A DNA stretch of 64,000 bases from a virus, in the IMG/VR virus record IMGVR_UViG_3300035198_000053, positions 12,430 through 76,429 of that record; one strand, given 5' to 3'. A program made the position numbers and the translations under genes. Positions 19,029-29,085 of this stretch are shown here, in pieces; the stretch's first letter is position 1, and every line of letters begins with the position of its first letter. The notes beneath the pieces were generated by a model, which was given only the letters and a program-made list of their open reading frames with translations, searched no databases and had not been told where the DNA came from.

Positions 19029-19757
19029 ATGAAACTGAAATCTCTGTTCCTTATATTCTTAATGGTCGGTTTGTGCCAGTTAAGTCTGGGTGCCGTCATT
19101 GAAGTCCCTGAGTCCATAGGGGCCGGTATCATGATGATAGGAGGGGGGGCTCCGGCGGCAGCGGGTCAGACCTTTATGATCTCCGAAGATTTAGAGGGAG
19201 CAAGCACCTGTTACACGGGCGATGTTACGTTTATAAATTGTAATTTACCAGCAGCTAAATGGACCACATCGGGGAGCCCACTTTTTAAGCACAATGGAGG
19301 TGGATTGCTAGAAGGAAGTTATTCCTTAGATTGCACTGATGGGAGTGTAACAGGTTCAATAAGTCCAGCGCAGAGTAATTTCTTTTGGTTCTTTGAGTTT
19401 ATGGGTACTCCCAATGATCAAGATATTTTCCAGATCAAGGATGCATCTGATAGTTTTGTTTTCACTTTGTCAGAATTATATGCAGGCACTTTCGGAGTTT
19501 GGGATGCCGTAGCCGGTAGCCATAGTACTGGATTCACCTGTGCTTCCAGTACTAAATACTATATTTGGGGAGAGTATAAAAACGGGGCCAGTGGATACAT
19601 AAAGATCTATGTTAGTATCACCACCACTAAACCAGCAGCATATACACTGGCTACAACGAATGCCAACACCGCAGCGAAAATGATTCTGCTCGGTGGTTTC
19701 TTTGACCGTATCAGGGTTTCTACAACTGACATTACAGGTTATCCGACTTACCCATGA
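19029..19757 (+). CDS. Secreted lectin/beta-sandwich-like protein
   Basis: Signal peptide MKLKSLFLIFLMVGLCQLSLGA; Cys pairs; FFDRIRVS C-terminal strand. Confidence 0.6.
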   Translation: MKLKSLFLIFLMVGLCQLSLGAVIEVPESIGAGIMMIGGGAPAAAGQTFMISEDLEGASTCYTGDVTFINCNLPAAKWTTSGSPLFKHNGGGLLEGSYSLDCTDGSVTGSISPAQSNFFWFFEFMGTPNDQDIFQIKDASDSFVFTLSELYAGTFGVWDAVAGSHSTGFTCASSTKYYIWGEYKNGASGYIKIYVSITTTKPAAYTLATTNANTAAKMILLGGFFDRIRVSTTDITGYPTYP

Positions 19758-19763
19758 GGTAAT

Positions 19764-22271
19764 ATGAGAAAGACACTTCTTTTCCTTCTTGCAATCATTT
19801 TCATTCCTCAAACGGTCCTTGCTACCTCCTGGTATCTCGACAATGCCGCTACTGGTTCAAACAATGGGACTTCATGGACCAATGCGTGGCATCACCCTGA
19901 ACATATTGTTTGGGGAAGTTCCGGGGTTAAAGCAGGAGACACCTTGTTCATTTCAGGTGGAACAACTTCAAAGACCTACATTGTCGATAGAGATCAATGG
20001 TTAAGTGTAGATGCAGGGGGAACCAGTGATGCAAACCGGATAATCATTAGAATTGGTCAAGATTCAGGCCACAACGGTACTGCCATCATTGAGATGGGGG
20101 GAAATCGCGTTCTAAATGGGGCAGGAGGATACAATCAAGCAATTCGACTCAACGGACACAACTGGATAACTATCGACGGTGAGTACGGTGGAGCAAGACA
20201 CATTACCATTCAGAACGTAAAACTTATCGGGCCCTACGATAGTAGCTACGGGAATATTGCCATCCATTCAGCAGGAGGCGTCGGTATCACTATAAAAGGA
20301 GTGACGATTTCCACATCCGACACAGGGATATATTACACCAGTAACAGTGATCCAGGCTCACCATATTTTGCGCTCGAAGTGAACAATTGCTCCATTACTG
20401 ACATTAGATCACAAACGGCCATCTATTGCGTTGCAGCAGGTATTGCCCCCAGATACGATGTTGTCAGTATCCACAATTCTACAATCAGTGTCAACCATAC
20501 AACGGGAGCCGATTGGGATGGACCTGACGGTATTCAAGTCGGTCACGGATTAACATTCTATAACAATACGATTTATGCGGTATCTGATACTGATAATAGC
20601 AAAACCTACGGATGGAACGGCATATCGGGGTGCCTCATAGCCGATTGTCCCCCAGGTTCTGGCAATTGGTGGCAACATCAAGACCTAATTCAGTATGGCG
20701 GTAGAAATATTAAGGTTTACAATAATTACATGGCCGATGGAGCTAATTCGGCTATGTCTGTTGATAGGTACGAACAGTACGATGATGGTTTTCTGCGTAT
20801 TTACAATAATGTTATCCAATACAGTTATCAGCGTGGGACTCAGCCTTTACAGATTGGTTTTAACAGTGGTAATCCAACTCTGATTACAGATGTATTGATT
20901 GTCAATAATACGTTTGCTGATTGTTCAGGGTATATCGTTGGACAAGGAGTGGATTGTGCAACTGGGGTAACATTAAACGCTTATAGATTTCAGAATAACA
21001 TCATGGTGAATGCAACGGCAGAAAACGTTGGGTGTTGGGCAGCGGGATGCGTTACAACGGGTGTAATAACTGGATACAACGTAACGTTTCCTGGATCGTG
21101 GGGAACAAATGAGGTAGCCGTAGGAGGAGAGAGCTGTTGGTATCAACCTGCAACAATCTCTCACAGTTTGCCCGCATTCTCTCCGACTGCTTACACTGGA
21201 CCATATTCGCTAACGAATACTGGATTTAGGCTCTCTGCAAGCGATACGGTAGCCAGGGGAACGGGAGTAAATCTAACTTCTCTATGCACGAGCCTGAGCG
21301 AACCCGCCCTATGTATGGACAAGGATGGTGTTGCCCGTCCCGCGTCAGGGGCCTGGGACATCGGGGCGTATCAGTATGGGGCAGGCGAACCAGACACAGA
21401 CCCTCCTGTGATGTCGAATCCTCTTCCCTCTGGACAGCAAACTTGTTCAACAGGATGTTTAGAAACTCCGTTCATAGATCACTCAACCGGAATCAATGAC
21501 TGGCGGAACATGGGTGATACAGATGCAAGACGATATCTTGGGTTTGCTTACACTCCAACAAATGATCTTTCTATCTGTAAAGTGACGTGGCAACCTAGAC
21601 TTTTGGGTGGCAGTCTTGACGGAAAAACATTCTACACTGAGATATGGGACGGGTCCGGAGGGACCACGTTGCCTGCGAATCCGATAACGAATGGAAGCGC
21701 AACCGTCTCTTGTACTGGTAGTTCGTGTGCATGGGGAACTGGGACTGCTGTTGATTTTACATGGACCTCAAACTACCCCCAGATTTCATCAGGAACCCAG
21801 TATTATTTCACAATGAGTCCTCACGGGACTGATGCGAGCAATTATAGCGGATTAAATACAAACACCAATGCCACAGGCTATACATTCATTCGGTGGACAA
21901 GCACAAAAACCGTAGACACAACTGATTCAAACGAGATCGAGTACGTTAAGGTGTATAATTATCAGGCCAGCAATGCCATACCGATTACCCTGGAACTGAC
22001 TACGGATGAGGCGGCCACTTGTAAGTATTCCACCTCCGATGTTTCTTATGATTCAATGGCGTATACCTATTCGTCTACGGGCGGCACAACCCACACGCAA
22101 GCCTTAACGGGGTCTTGCGGAAGTTCTTACGTTTATTATAGTCGGTGTATGGATGGGTCAAACAACAAAGATACCAGTTCGGCCACAACTTCATTCTCAA
22201 TCGCAGGGGGAACAACCCCCATTACGCCTGTAAGCGGAGTGCATATAAAGGGCGGGGGAGTAAACTATTAG
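19764..22271 (+). CDS. Secreted parallel beta-helix protein with extra C-terminal domains
   Basis: Signal peptide ..QTVLA; WYLDNAATGSNNGTSWTNAW; YNN/NNT ladders; DKDGVARP..AWDIGAYQY; many Cys. Confidence 0.8.
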   Translation: MRKTLLFLLAIIFIPQTVLATSWYLDNAATGSNNGTSWTNAWHHPEHIVWGSSGVKAGDTLFISGGTTSKTYIVDRDQWLSVDAGGTSDANRIIIRIGQDSGHNGTAIIEMGGNRVLNGAGGYNQAIRLNGHNWITIDGEYGGARHITIQNVKLIGPYDSSYGNIAIHSAGGVGITIKGVTISTSDTGIYYTSNSDPGSPYFALEVNNCSITDIRSQTAIYCVAAGIAPRYDVVSIHNSTISVNHTTGADWDGPDGIQVGHGLTFYNNTIYAVSDTDNSKTYGWNGISGCLIADCPPGSGNWWQHQDLIQYGGRNIKVYNNYMADGANSAMSVDRYEQYDDGFLRIYNNVIQYSYQRGTQPLQIGFNSGNPTLITDVLIVNNTFADCSGYIVGQGVDCATGVTLNAYRFQNNIMVNATAENVGCWAAGCVTTGVITGYNVTFPGSWGTNEVAVGGESCWYQPATISHSLPAFSPTAYTGPYSLTNTGFRLSASDTVARGTGVNLTSLCTSLSEPALCMDKDGVARPASGAWDIGAYQYGAGEPDTDPPVMSNPLPSGQQTCSTGCLETPFIDHSTGINDWRNMGDTDARRYLGFAYTPTNDLSICKVTWQPRLLGGSLDGKTFYTEIWDGSGGTTLPANPITNGSATVSCTGSSCAWGTGTAVDFTWTSNYPQISSGTQYYFTMSPHGTDASNYSGLNTNTNATGYTFIRWTSTKTVDTTDSNEIEYVKVYNYQASNAIPITLELTTDEAATCKYSTSDVSYDSMAYTYSSTGGTTHTQALTGSCGSSYVYYSRCMDGSNNKDTSSATTSFSIAGGTTPITPVSGVHIKGGGVNY

Positions 22272-22308
22272 CCTTACAAATATACAACCCAAACCAGGGG
22301 GAAACGAA

Positions 22309-22365
22309 ATGAAAATCGAACGCAAGGTTTTCGCGGCAGAGGTAAAGGAGTTCGACGAGGGATGA
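22309..22365 (+). pseudogene. Orphaned original 5' end of the prohead protease gene (18 aa)
   Basis: MKIERKVFAAEVKEFDEG* aligns with MNPIEHKIYQSEIKESD; RBS AGGGGG; stop overlaps the HNH start (ATGA). Confidence 0.8.
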
Positions 22366-23411
22366 TTAGACACTGTCTAAATTGCGGTAAGGAGATGTCT
22401 GTTTTCAAGTCCCAGGTTTTGAATGGTTCCGGGAAATACTGTTGCTTTGAATGCTACCGACCGCACATGAATAACGGCGAACGCATGAGGGGTAAACATT
22501 TCTCCGAGGAAGCAAAGAAGAATATGAGCGCGGTCAGGCTTGCAAGAAGAGATTGGCCTACCGAACATAGGTTTGTAGATGGGGTTGAGCATAAGTTCTG
22601 CAAATATTGCGAAGAGTGGGTGCCGATAACAGGGTTTTTCAAAAGCTCAATAGTCTATGATGGCCTTGACAACAGATGCAAAAAGTGCTTTTCGAATCAA
22701 CAAAAAGAAAGGGAGAAAATTGATAAGGAAAAGTACCTGAGGATGAGAAGGGAATGCACAAAGAAATGGAAAGCGAAAAATCCAGAAATGCCAAAGTTGT
22801 GGCGAGCCAAAAATCATGAAAAGGTAAGGTCTTATTGCAAGAGGTGGGCCGAGAATCATCCCGAAGAGAACAGGAAAAGATATCATGATTATTATGAGAG
22901 AAATATAGATCAAATGAGGGCGAAGGCTAAGGAATACAATCAATCCGAGCGCGGAAGAGAAAGAAAGCTCAGGTGGATCGAAAACAACCGCGAGAAATAT
23001 TTGGCCCAGGTAAAGAGATACAATGAAAAAAGGGCATCGGACCCGAAATACAGACTTTCTCATTCAATAAGTTCGGGAATCAACGCCGCATTGCAGGGAC
23101 GCAAAAAAGGTATCCATTGGGAAACTCTTGTTGGATATACCTTGTCGGATTTGGCGGGTCATCTTGAACGGCAATTCAAAAAAGGAATGTGTTGGAGTAA
23201 TTATGGCAAATGGCATCTGGATCATCGCGTTCCGGTAGCGGTTTTTAATTTTGAAAAACCCGAGGATATAGATTTTGAGCGTTGTTGGGCATTGAGCAAT
23301 CTTCAGCCTTTGTGGAGCGAGGAAAACATAAAAAAACAAGCAAAACTTTCAAAGCCATTCCAGCCGGCATTAAGAATCGCCGCAAAAGGAGAATGCCATG
23401 AACCCTATTGA
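22362..23411 (+). CDS. Free-standing HNH homing endonuclease (Zn-finger and NUMOD3-like DNA-binding region)
   Basis: CLNCG..CCFEC, RGKHFSEEAKKNMS, WHLDHRVP..SNLQPLWSEENIKK; AT-rich. Confidence 0.88.
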   Translation: MIRHCLNCGKEMSVFKSQVLNGSGKYCCFECYRPHMNNGERMRGKHFSEEAKKNMSAVRLARRDWPTEHRFVDGVEHKFCKYCEEWVPITGFFKSSIVYDGLDNRCKKCFSNQQKEREKIDKEKYLRMRRECTKKWKAKNPEMPKLWRAKNHEKVRSYCKRWAENHPEENRKRYHDYYERNIDQMRAKAKEYNQSERGRERKLRWIENNREKYLAQVKRYNEKRASDPKYRLSHSISSGINAALQGRKKGIHWETLVGYTLSDLAGHLERQFKKGMCWSNYGKWHLDHRVPVAVFNFEKPEDIDFERCWALSNLQPLWSEENIKKQAKLSKPFQPALRIAAKGECHEPY

Positions 23412-25785
23412 GCACAAAATATACCAGAGTGAAATTAAGGAATCGGACCCAACGGAATTAAGCATCACACACTTCATAAGCACTGAAAAACGTGATAGAG
23501 GTAATGACATCTTGATGGCGACAAAAAACGAGAAGGGGCGGGGAATGGTGCTTGAGGGTCGAGTTGTGGTCCTGTTTAATCATGGCTGGTCTAACATTGG
23601 GATGGAGGCTATCGCCAAACCAGCATGGATAAAACCGGGAGAATTCAAAGGAAACAAAGGGATAATGGCGAAAACTGTTTTCTACGACGACAAGGCCGGA
23701 CGAGGCCGAGAGCTATGGGATAAAGCGAGCAAAGGCTTCCTTGTTAATTGGTCCGTTGGTTGGAGGCCATTAATTTGGGATATTAGGAAGGAAACTGATG
23801 GCAGTGAGACAAGAGTGGTTTATGAATGGGATTGCGTGGAATATAGTTTATTGGGCGGGGTGCCTATGAACCCCGATGCACAAAATATTAATGCCATGAC
23901 AGACGGCCTCAGCTTCAAATTCCTCCCCTGCATCTGCGGCACTCCCTGCAAGGAGGGCGAGGCCTGCCAGTATGAGAAGTACGGCGACATCATAGCCTGG
24001 AAGAATCAGGATGGTGCATGGGAAGAGAAACCGTATCCATCTGAACATAGTTGCCGGTTGGAATCTCCTGAAAAATTTATCCGCATCCGCCGCCAGAACG
24101 ACAAGTTCGGCAAGGGCATCCACGCGATTTGGGGCGTCCAGGGAGGTGGAAAGCCGGTCGAACTGCAGGCGATCCGATTCAGCAAGGACAAGTTCACCAC
24201 TAAGGAGGCCCGCGCCTGGCTGAAGAATCACGATTACAAGTGCATGATGTTCGAGCCCGCCTCCGAGAAGTGCGAGAAGTGCGGGAAACTGATGCTAATC
24301 AAATGGGATCAGGACGTCAGCGGGGAGAAGTGCGGCCTCACCTGCGAGGCCGAGTTCTCCTATGTTCACGATGGAGAGTGCAAGGACGGGGATGGCGTGG
24401 AGAAGAAGGGGGCCATCCCCTACAAGAAGACCCCGCTTGCCCCGGAGGGGGAAAAGTGGAATGCGGGTGCGGAGGTTAGGAAAGCCGACACGGCCGCCCT
24501 CAAGATAATGTGCGCGTGGTACGATTCCGACAATCCGGATGTCAAGGGGTCATACAAACTTCCTCACCACAAGGGGGACGGGGAACACGCCTGCGTATGG
24601 AACGGGGTCCGAGGAGCCGCGGCGGTCATAATGGGGGCAAGGGGCGGGGCTGATATCCCGGCGGGGGATCTCGGCAGGGTCCGCGCCCATATCGCGGGGC
24701 ACTACAAGGATTTCGACAAAGGTGATCCGCCGTGGAAGGGCAAGGACGGAGAGGCATTCCTTGAGGCAACGGAGATCTTGTTCAGAGGCGGGAAGGAAAA
24801 GATGGACGATCCGAAGGTCAGGGAGGCATTCGGGAAATCGATCCACGGATTGAGTCTTCATTTCCTCCCGGACCTGGCAGAGTTCTTCGCTCCAGAGATG
24901 AAGCAGACGGAGGATGAATGGGCCCCCGACCCCTGCTCCGACGAGGACGTGTCTTTCATGATGGTTGATGCCGACAAGGTCCGCGAGGAGAACGGGACCG
25001 AGGATTTCGCCCACGGAGGCCACCACTACACCTTCGACTTCATCCCGGAACCAGAGATCTGGGTAGACCAGCGGATGACCGATGAGGACATCATGCAGGC
25101 CAAGACATCCCTTTTCTCCGAGCGCCAGTGCATGAAATACTGCGGAACGGACTGCCAGGTGGGAGGGGAGACGGGATCAATAGGCGGGAAGGTCATGCGC
25201 CACATGATGGACCCAAATGCAGACAATGGGGGGAACCACGACGAGCAGGACCATCACTGGTACGAGCACGGCGGAAACCACTTTCATGCGAGGGGAATGA
25301 CGTATCGGTACAATCCGGGAAGCGGGCTATACGAGACACATGCCATGCCCAACGGGGAAACCATTCCAAAAGATAAGGCGGAATTCTTCGCCAAGGATGT
25401 AGACGAGGCCGTAAAATCCGTCATCGCCAAGTACGCGCCCGGGAAACCGGGACCGGACGCCGAAGGGAAGGACGGGAAATTGTGCGGAGACCCCCCGGAG
25501 CACTTCGTCCTGAAGTGCAAGGTTTGCGGGAAGGTCATGGACTCTTGCAGGTGCGATGCCGAAGACAAGACGGTTAAGTTTGACGTCTGCGAGGACTGCA
25601 AGAGAAAGGAGTCTGAACCCACACAGATAGCCGTCATCAACAGTGTCGAGGATGAGAAAAAGGCCCTCGCCGAGATGTCGAGACAGCTATCTAAGCAGTT
25701 GACCGATTTCGGCAAGGGATTTACAGACGACATGCGTGCGCTGGTGAGGGCAGAGATCAGAAAGGTCACCGGCAAGGTGGATTGA
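23398..25785 (+). CDS. Prohead maturation protease with long multi-domain C-terminal extension
   Basis: ISTEKRDRGND, VLFNHG, WSVGW, EYSL..VPMNPDA; directly upstream of the capsid gene. Confidence 0.85.
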   Translation: MNPIEHKIYQSEIKESDPTELSITHFISTEKRDRGNDILMATKNEKGRGMVLEGRVVVLFNHGWSNIGMEAIAKPAWIKPGEFKGNKGIMAKTVFYDDKAGRGRELWDKASKGFLVNWSVGWRPLIWDIRKETDGSETRVVYEWDCVEYSLLGGVPMNPDAQNINAMTDGLSFKFLPCICGTPCKEGEACQYEKYGDIIAWKNQDGAWEEKPYPSEHSCRLESPEKFIRIRRQNDKFGKGIHAIWGVQGGGKPVELQAIRFSKDKFTTKEARAWLKNHDYKCMMFEPASEKCEKCGKLMLIKWDQDVSGEKCGLTCEAEFSYVHDGECKDGDGVEKKGAIPYKKTPLAPEGEKWNAGAEVRKADTAALKIMCAWYDSDNPDVKGSYKLPHHKGDGEHACVWNGVRGAAAVIMGARGGADIPAGDLGRVRAHIAGHYKDFDKGDPPWKGKDGEAFLEATEILFRGGKEKMDDPKVREAFGKSIHGLSLHFLPDLAEFFAPEMKQTEDEWAPDPCSDEDVSFMMVDADKVREENGTEDFAHGGHHYTFDFIPEPEIWVDQRMTDEDIMQAKTSLFSERQCMKYCGTDCQVGGETGSIGGKVMRHMMDPNADNGGNHDEQDHHWYEHGGNHFHARGMTYRYNPGSGLYETHAMPNGETIPKDKAEFFAKDVDEAVKSVIAKYAPGKPGPDAEGKDGKLCGDPPEHFVLKCKVCGKVMDSCRCDAEDKTVKFDVCEDCKRKESEPTQIAVINSVEDEKKALAEMSRQLSKQLTDFGKGFTDDMRALVRAEIRKVTGKVD

Positions 25786-25789
25786 CATT

Positions 25790-25866
25790 AATCCCCGGTC
25801 CTGACGGGGGGATTTTCGAGCCTTAAAAGAACCGCAGTTCCGATCCTCGAATATGCGGTTTTTTTG
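25790..25866 (+). terminator. Two hairpin/T-run elements before the capsid gene
   Basis: AATCCCC..GGGGATTTT and AACCGCA..TGCGGTTTTTTT. Confidence 0.5.
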
Positions 25867-25911
25867 TGCCCGGAAAACGAGGACAAACCAAAAAAACAAG
25901 GAGGAGATCTT

Positions 25912-27258
25912 ATGGATCCCATGAACGTTGATGTCAAGAAGAAAGAAGACGGCACCTTTTATTTCGACATGGCTGCCGTTGCGGAACACTTGAAGAACGG
26001 CACGCTCGGCGCTATCAGGGCCGAGATGAAAGACGCCCTCGAGGCGGAGAAGCGGAAGATATTCCCCACAAGCGCAGACGGGAAGGTCCTGGAGACCGCA
26101 ACCGGATCGATCATCGACACATCTTTCTTCAACCGCAAGACCTATGGGGAGCGGAAGGCGGAGTCGCTCGACGGATTCGAGCTCGGCCAGAGGATGAGGG
26201 CCTCGGGAGGCCCCTTCATCAAGTTGTCCCCCGCGATGGAGAAGTTCGCGGAAATGGTTAGGATCGGATTCGATGGCGGCAGGATGAACGCCAAAGGCGT
26301 CAATCTCAACGACTACAACAAGGAAATGATGGAGTGGAACCAGAAGACGGCGGCCTATAGCCTCACCACGACCGATGTGGGAGCCCTCGTTCCCATTGAG
26401 TTTTTGGCCACGGTCATCGAGTTCGCCATCCAGGCGTCGCAGATCCTGCCCAAACTGTGGAGGATTCCGATGGGCTCCATGACGACCAGGATCCCCGTCC
26501 TCTCTCAGAGCGCTGGGTCATATTTCGGCGGTATCATCCTCTACCATCCGGACGAGGCAGAGCTGAAAGTCGCCACGAAGCCTGCGTTCAGCTACAAGAC
26601 CTTTACCGCGCACAAAACCATCGGTTTGTGCCCGCTGACCGACGAGCTCGTGATGGACAGCGCGATCAACATCATCAATTACATCACGGGACTCTTCACC
26701 CGCGCCATCCAGTACTACACGGAGCGCGAGGTGATCAACGGCGAGGGGACCGGCGGACAGATGCTCGGCATCGTCAATGACCCCGGCGTCAACTTCGTGG
26801 ACCGCACGACAGGGTCCAACGCCGACTACTCCAAGAACGACGTCAAGGCGGACGACGTGATCAACCTGGAATCCGCGATCGACGAGAATATCCAAGACCT
26901 CACCTACATCCTGAGAAGGCTCACCCTCAACAAACTCCGGCTGCAGAAGACCACGGGCGGCGCTCCGGTTTACTACGACACCACGGTCCAGGGGTTGACG
27001 GTCCCCATCGGTCCGATGTTGAATGGGTATCCGGCGATCAGGACGCGCAACGCACCCGCCCTCGGGCACCAGGGCGACATCATCTGCGGGGATCTGGGGT
27101 TCTACATCTGGGCCCTGCGGCAGGACATTACCATCGAGATGTCCAAAGAGAGGTATTTCGAGTACGACATGACGGCGCTGAGGTTCGTCATGAGGCAGGA
27201 CGGGAAGCCGGGCGTTCCGGAAGCTTTCTCCATCCTGCAGGGACCTCCGCAGTCATAA
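25912..27258 (+). CDS. Major capsid protein (HK97 fold)
   Basis: GALVPIEF, E...K....P.F, LTDELVMDS, INGEGTGGQMLGI, IICGDL, F.YDMTALRF..R.DG; RBS AGGAGG. Confidence 0.93.
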   Translation: MDPMNVDVKKKEDGTFYFDMAAVAEHLKNGTLGAIRAEMKDALEAEKRKIFPTSADGKVLETATGSIIDTSFFNRKTYGERKAESLDGFELGQRMRASGGPFIKLSPAMEKFAEMVRIGFDGGRMNAKGVNLNDYNKEMMEWNQKTAAYSLTTTDVGALVPIEFLATVIEFAIQASQILPKLWRIPMGSMTTRIPVLSQSAGSYFGGIILYHPDEAELKVATKPAFSYKTFTAHKTIGLCPLTDELVMDSAINIINYITGLFTRAIQYYTEREVINGEGTGGQMLGIVNDPGVNFVDRTTGSNADYSKNDVKADDVINLESAIDENIQDLTYILRRLTLNKLRLQKTTGGAPVYYDTTVQGLTVPIGPMLNGYPAIRTRNAPALGHQGDIICGDLGFYIWALRQDITIEMSKERYFEYDMTALRFVMRQDGKPGVPEAFSILQGPPQS

Positions 27259-27295
27259 GGGTTTTCTTCCACCCCACTCCTTTTTCCATAGCACC

Positions 27296-28465
27296 TTGGC
27301 CGTAGATAAGGTTAAACGGCCAAATATTCACGAATGGGATGCAATGGACATTAACGATTTCGTCCTCACCGACGACAAAGCCATGGTCCTGGTCGAGTAC
27401 CTTTTGCCCGGGTATAACAACCAGAAGTCCTATGTTGGAGTGGACCGCGCGCTCAAAGGGCAGGCGATCGGGAAATGGAAACTCGTTCCAAGGCCGGACA
27501 AAAGGGACAAATACGAGACGCGCATGATGACCGCCAGCGGGGTGCCAGACGCGCTGACCCGCGACGACATGCTAGGGAAGCAGACCTACGAGACGAAGAG
27601 CCTAAAAAAAAAGCGGATAGCATGGGTGGAGGACTCATGGGTTATCGGAGGGGCGGAGATCTCGGGCCAAACCATGACTAGAATCGGTGAGGAGTGCGGC
27701 TTCGAGATAGAGCGCGTCACCGGCAAGACCGATACTATGTTAATAGGGGAGATACTATCGGGGAGCGACCTGATAGTGCTCAACAACGTATGGGGTTTCT
27801 CGCAGGAGCAGATGGCGAAGATATTGACCGCCATCGAAAGGGTGCCCTATGTCAAGTACGAGCACGACCACAGGGAGATCGAGCACAGGCGGGACATTTC
27901 GGAAAAGCTATTCAGGGGGTCGGTCCTCAACTTTTTTTTATCTCCCATTCACATGTCGAATCACATGGAGACGTTTCAAATCCAGGGTATTTGTCTTCCT
28001 CTTGCGATCGACGTTGAGATTTTTCGTCCGGTGGCAGGTGTTGAAAGAAAGATGGGCACAGCTCTAGTCTGCAATGTAAGAGGATGGAAGACCTGGAAAA
28101 CGCTAAAGGAGTTCATCGACAGCCATCCGGAGATTCATTTTGATATCCTCTCCAAGGGAGAACTCATCACCGGACCGAATGTAACCAGCATTCCGATGGT
28201 CCCATATGAGGAGATGCCGAAGCTCTATTCCGCGCACGAATGGCTTGTCCACATGCTCGACGGATGGGGTGCGGGGGAGCGCGTGGTGTTCGAGGCGGCC
28301 CTCTGCGGCTGCCGCGTGATAGCCAACGAACGCGTTGGTCATATGTCCTGGGGCAAAGATTTGACCGACGTTAAAGGATTGCGGGAATGGCTGAGGGCTG
28401 CCCCTTATCTTTTCTGGCGCGAGGTCGACCGGCTGACAAAGCAGACAGAGGCGAAGGCGGCATGA
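27296..28465 (+). CDS. GT-B (GT4-like) glycosyltransferase with an N-terminal extra module; start uncertain
   Basis: GGAEIS, YVKYEHD, IDVEIFRP, VPYEEMPKLY, GERVVFEAALCGC. Confidence 0.8.
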   Translation: MAVDKVKRPNIHEWDAMDINDFVLTDDKAMVLVEYLLPGYNNQKSYVGVDRALKGQAIGKWKLVPRPDKRDKYETRMMTASGVPDALTRDDMLGKQTYETKSLKKKRIAWVEDSWVIGGAEISGQTMTRIGEECGFEIERVTGKTDTMLIGEILSGSDLIVLNNVWGFSQEQMAKILTAIERVPYVKYEHDHREIEHRRDISEKLFRGSVLNFFLSPIHMSNHMETFQIQGICLPLAIDVEIFRPVAGVERKMGTALVCNVRGWKTWKTLKEFIDSHPEIHFDILSKGELITGPNVTSIPMVPYEEMPKLYSAHEWLVHMLDGWGAGERVVFEAALCGCRVIANERVGHMSWGKDLTDVKGLREWLRAAPYLFWREVDRLTKQTEAKAA

Positions 28466-29085
28466 TGGAATCCAGGCTCGACTACTGGGAGAACCGATAC
28501 AGGAAGCAGGGATTAAAGACTGTGGGGTGTTGCTCCTTTTCTGAATCCCAGTTTCAAGCTAAGACGGGTGCCGTCATGGATATGATCCGCCCCACGCTTG
28601 AGCCGATATTCCGGGGGAAGACAGTTTTGGATTTCGGGTGCGGATGGGGCAGACTAAGCAAGATGCTTTTTGCCTTCTGCCACTCCGTCTACGGGATAGA
28701 TATCTCCCCGTGGGCTATCAGGCAGGCCAAAAACCACTCACCCGGCTGTGACTTCCGGGACTATGACGGGGAACATATACCCTTTGGAGACGGTTGCTTT
28801 GAGGGTTGCCTATCATGGACGGTTTTGCAGCACGTCCCCCCGGAACAGATCGGGAAGACATGCGGGGAGATTTCGCGCGTCCTCGGCAAAGACGCCCATC
28901 TTGTTATTTATGAGAATGTATCGACTTGGTGCGAGGATATGACACATGTCTGGTTCAGAAGGCCGAAGGACTACATGATGCTGTTCGAACAATTCCGGGT
29001 TGAACGGGAAACCATTGTCAAGGACTTCGACGGAACCGGGGAAAACCATGTTTTGATGGTCCTCAGAAGGGGGGATGGGAAATGA
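28462..29085 (+). CDS. Class I SAM-dependent methyltransferase
   Basis: VLDFGCGWGR, GIDIS, TVLQHV. Confidence 0.9.
   Translation: MMESRLDYWENRYRKQGLKTVGCCSFSESQFQAKTGAVMDMIRPTLEPIFRGKTVLDFGCGWGRLSKMLFAFCHSVYGIDISPWAIRQAKNHSPGCDFRDYDGEHIPFGDGCFEGCLSWTVLQHVPPEQIGKTCGEISRVLGKDAHLVIYENVSTWCEDMTHVWFRRPKDYMMLFEQFRVERETIVKDFDGTGENHVLMVLRRGDGK

Noticed and set aside
22309-23411. Group I intron encoding the HNH
   Set aside because: HNH abuts both flanks with no room for a ribozyme core, and the downstream protease has its own RBS and complete N-terminus
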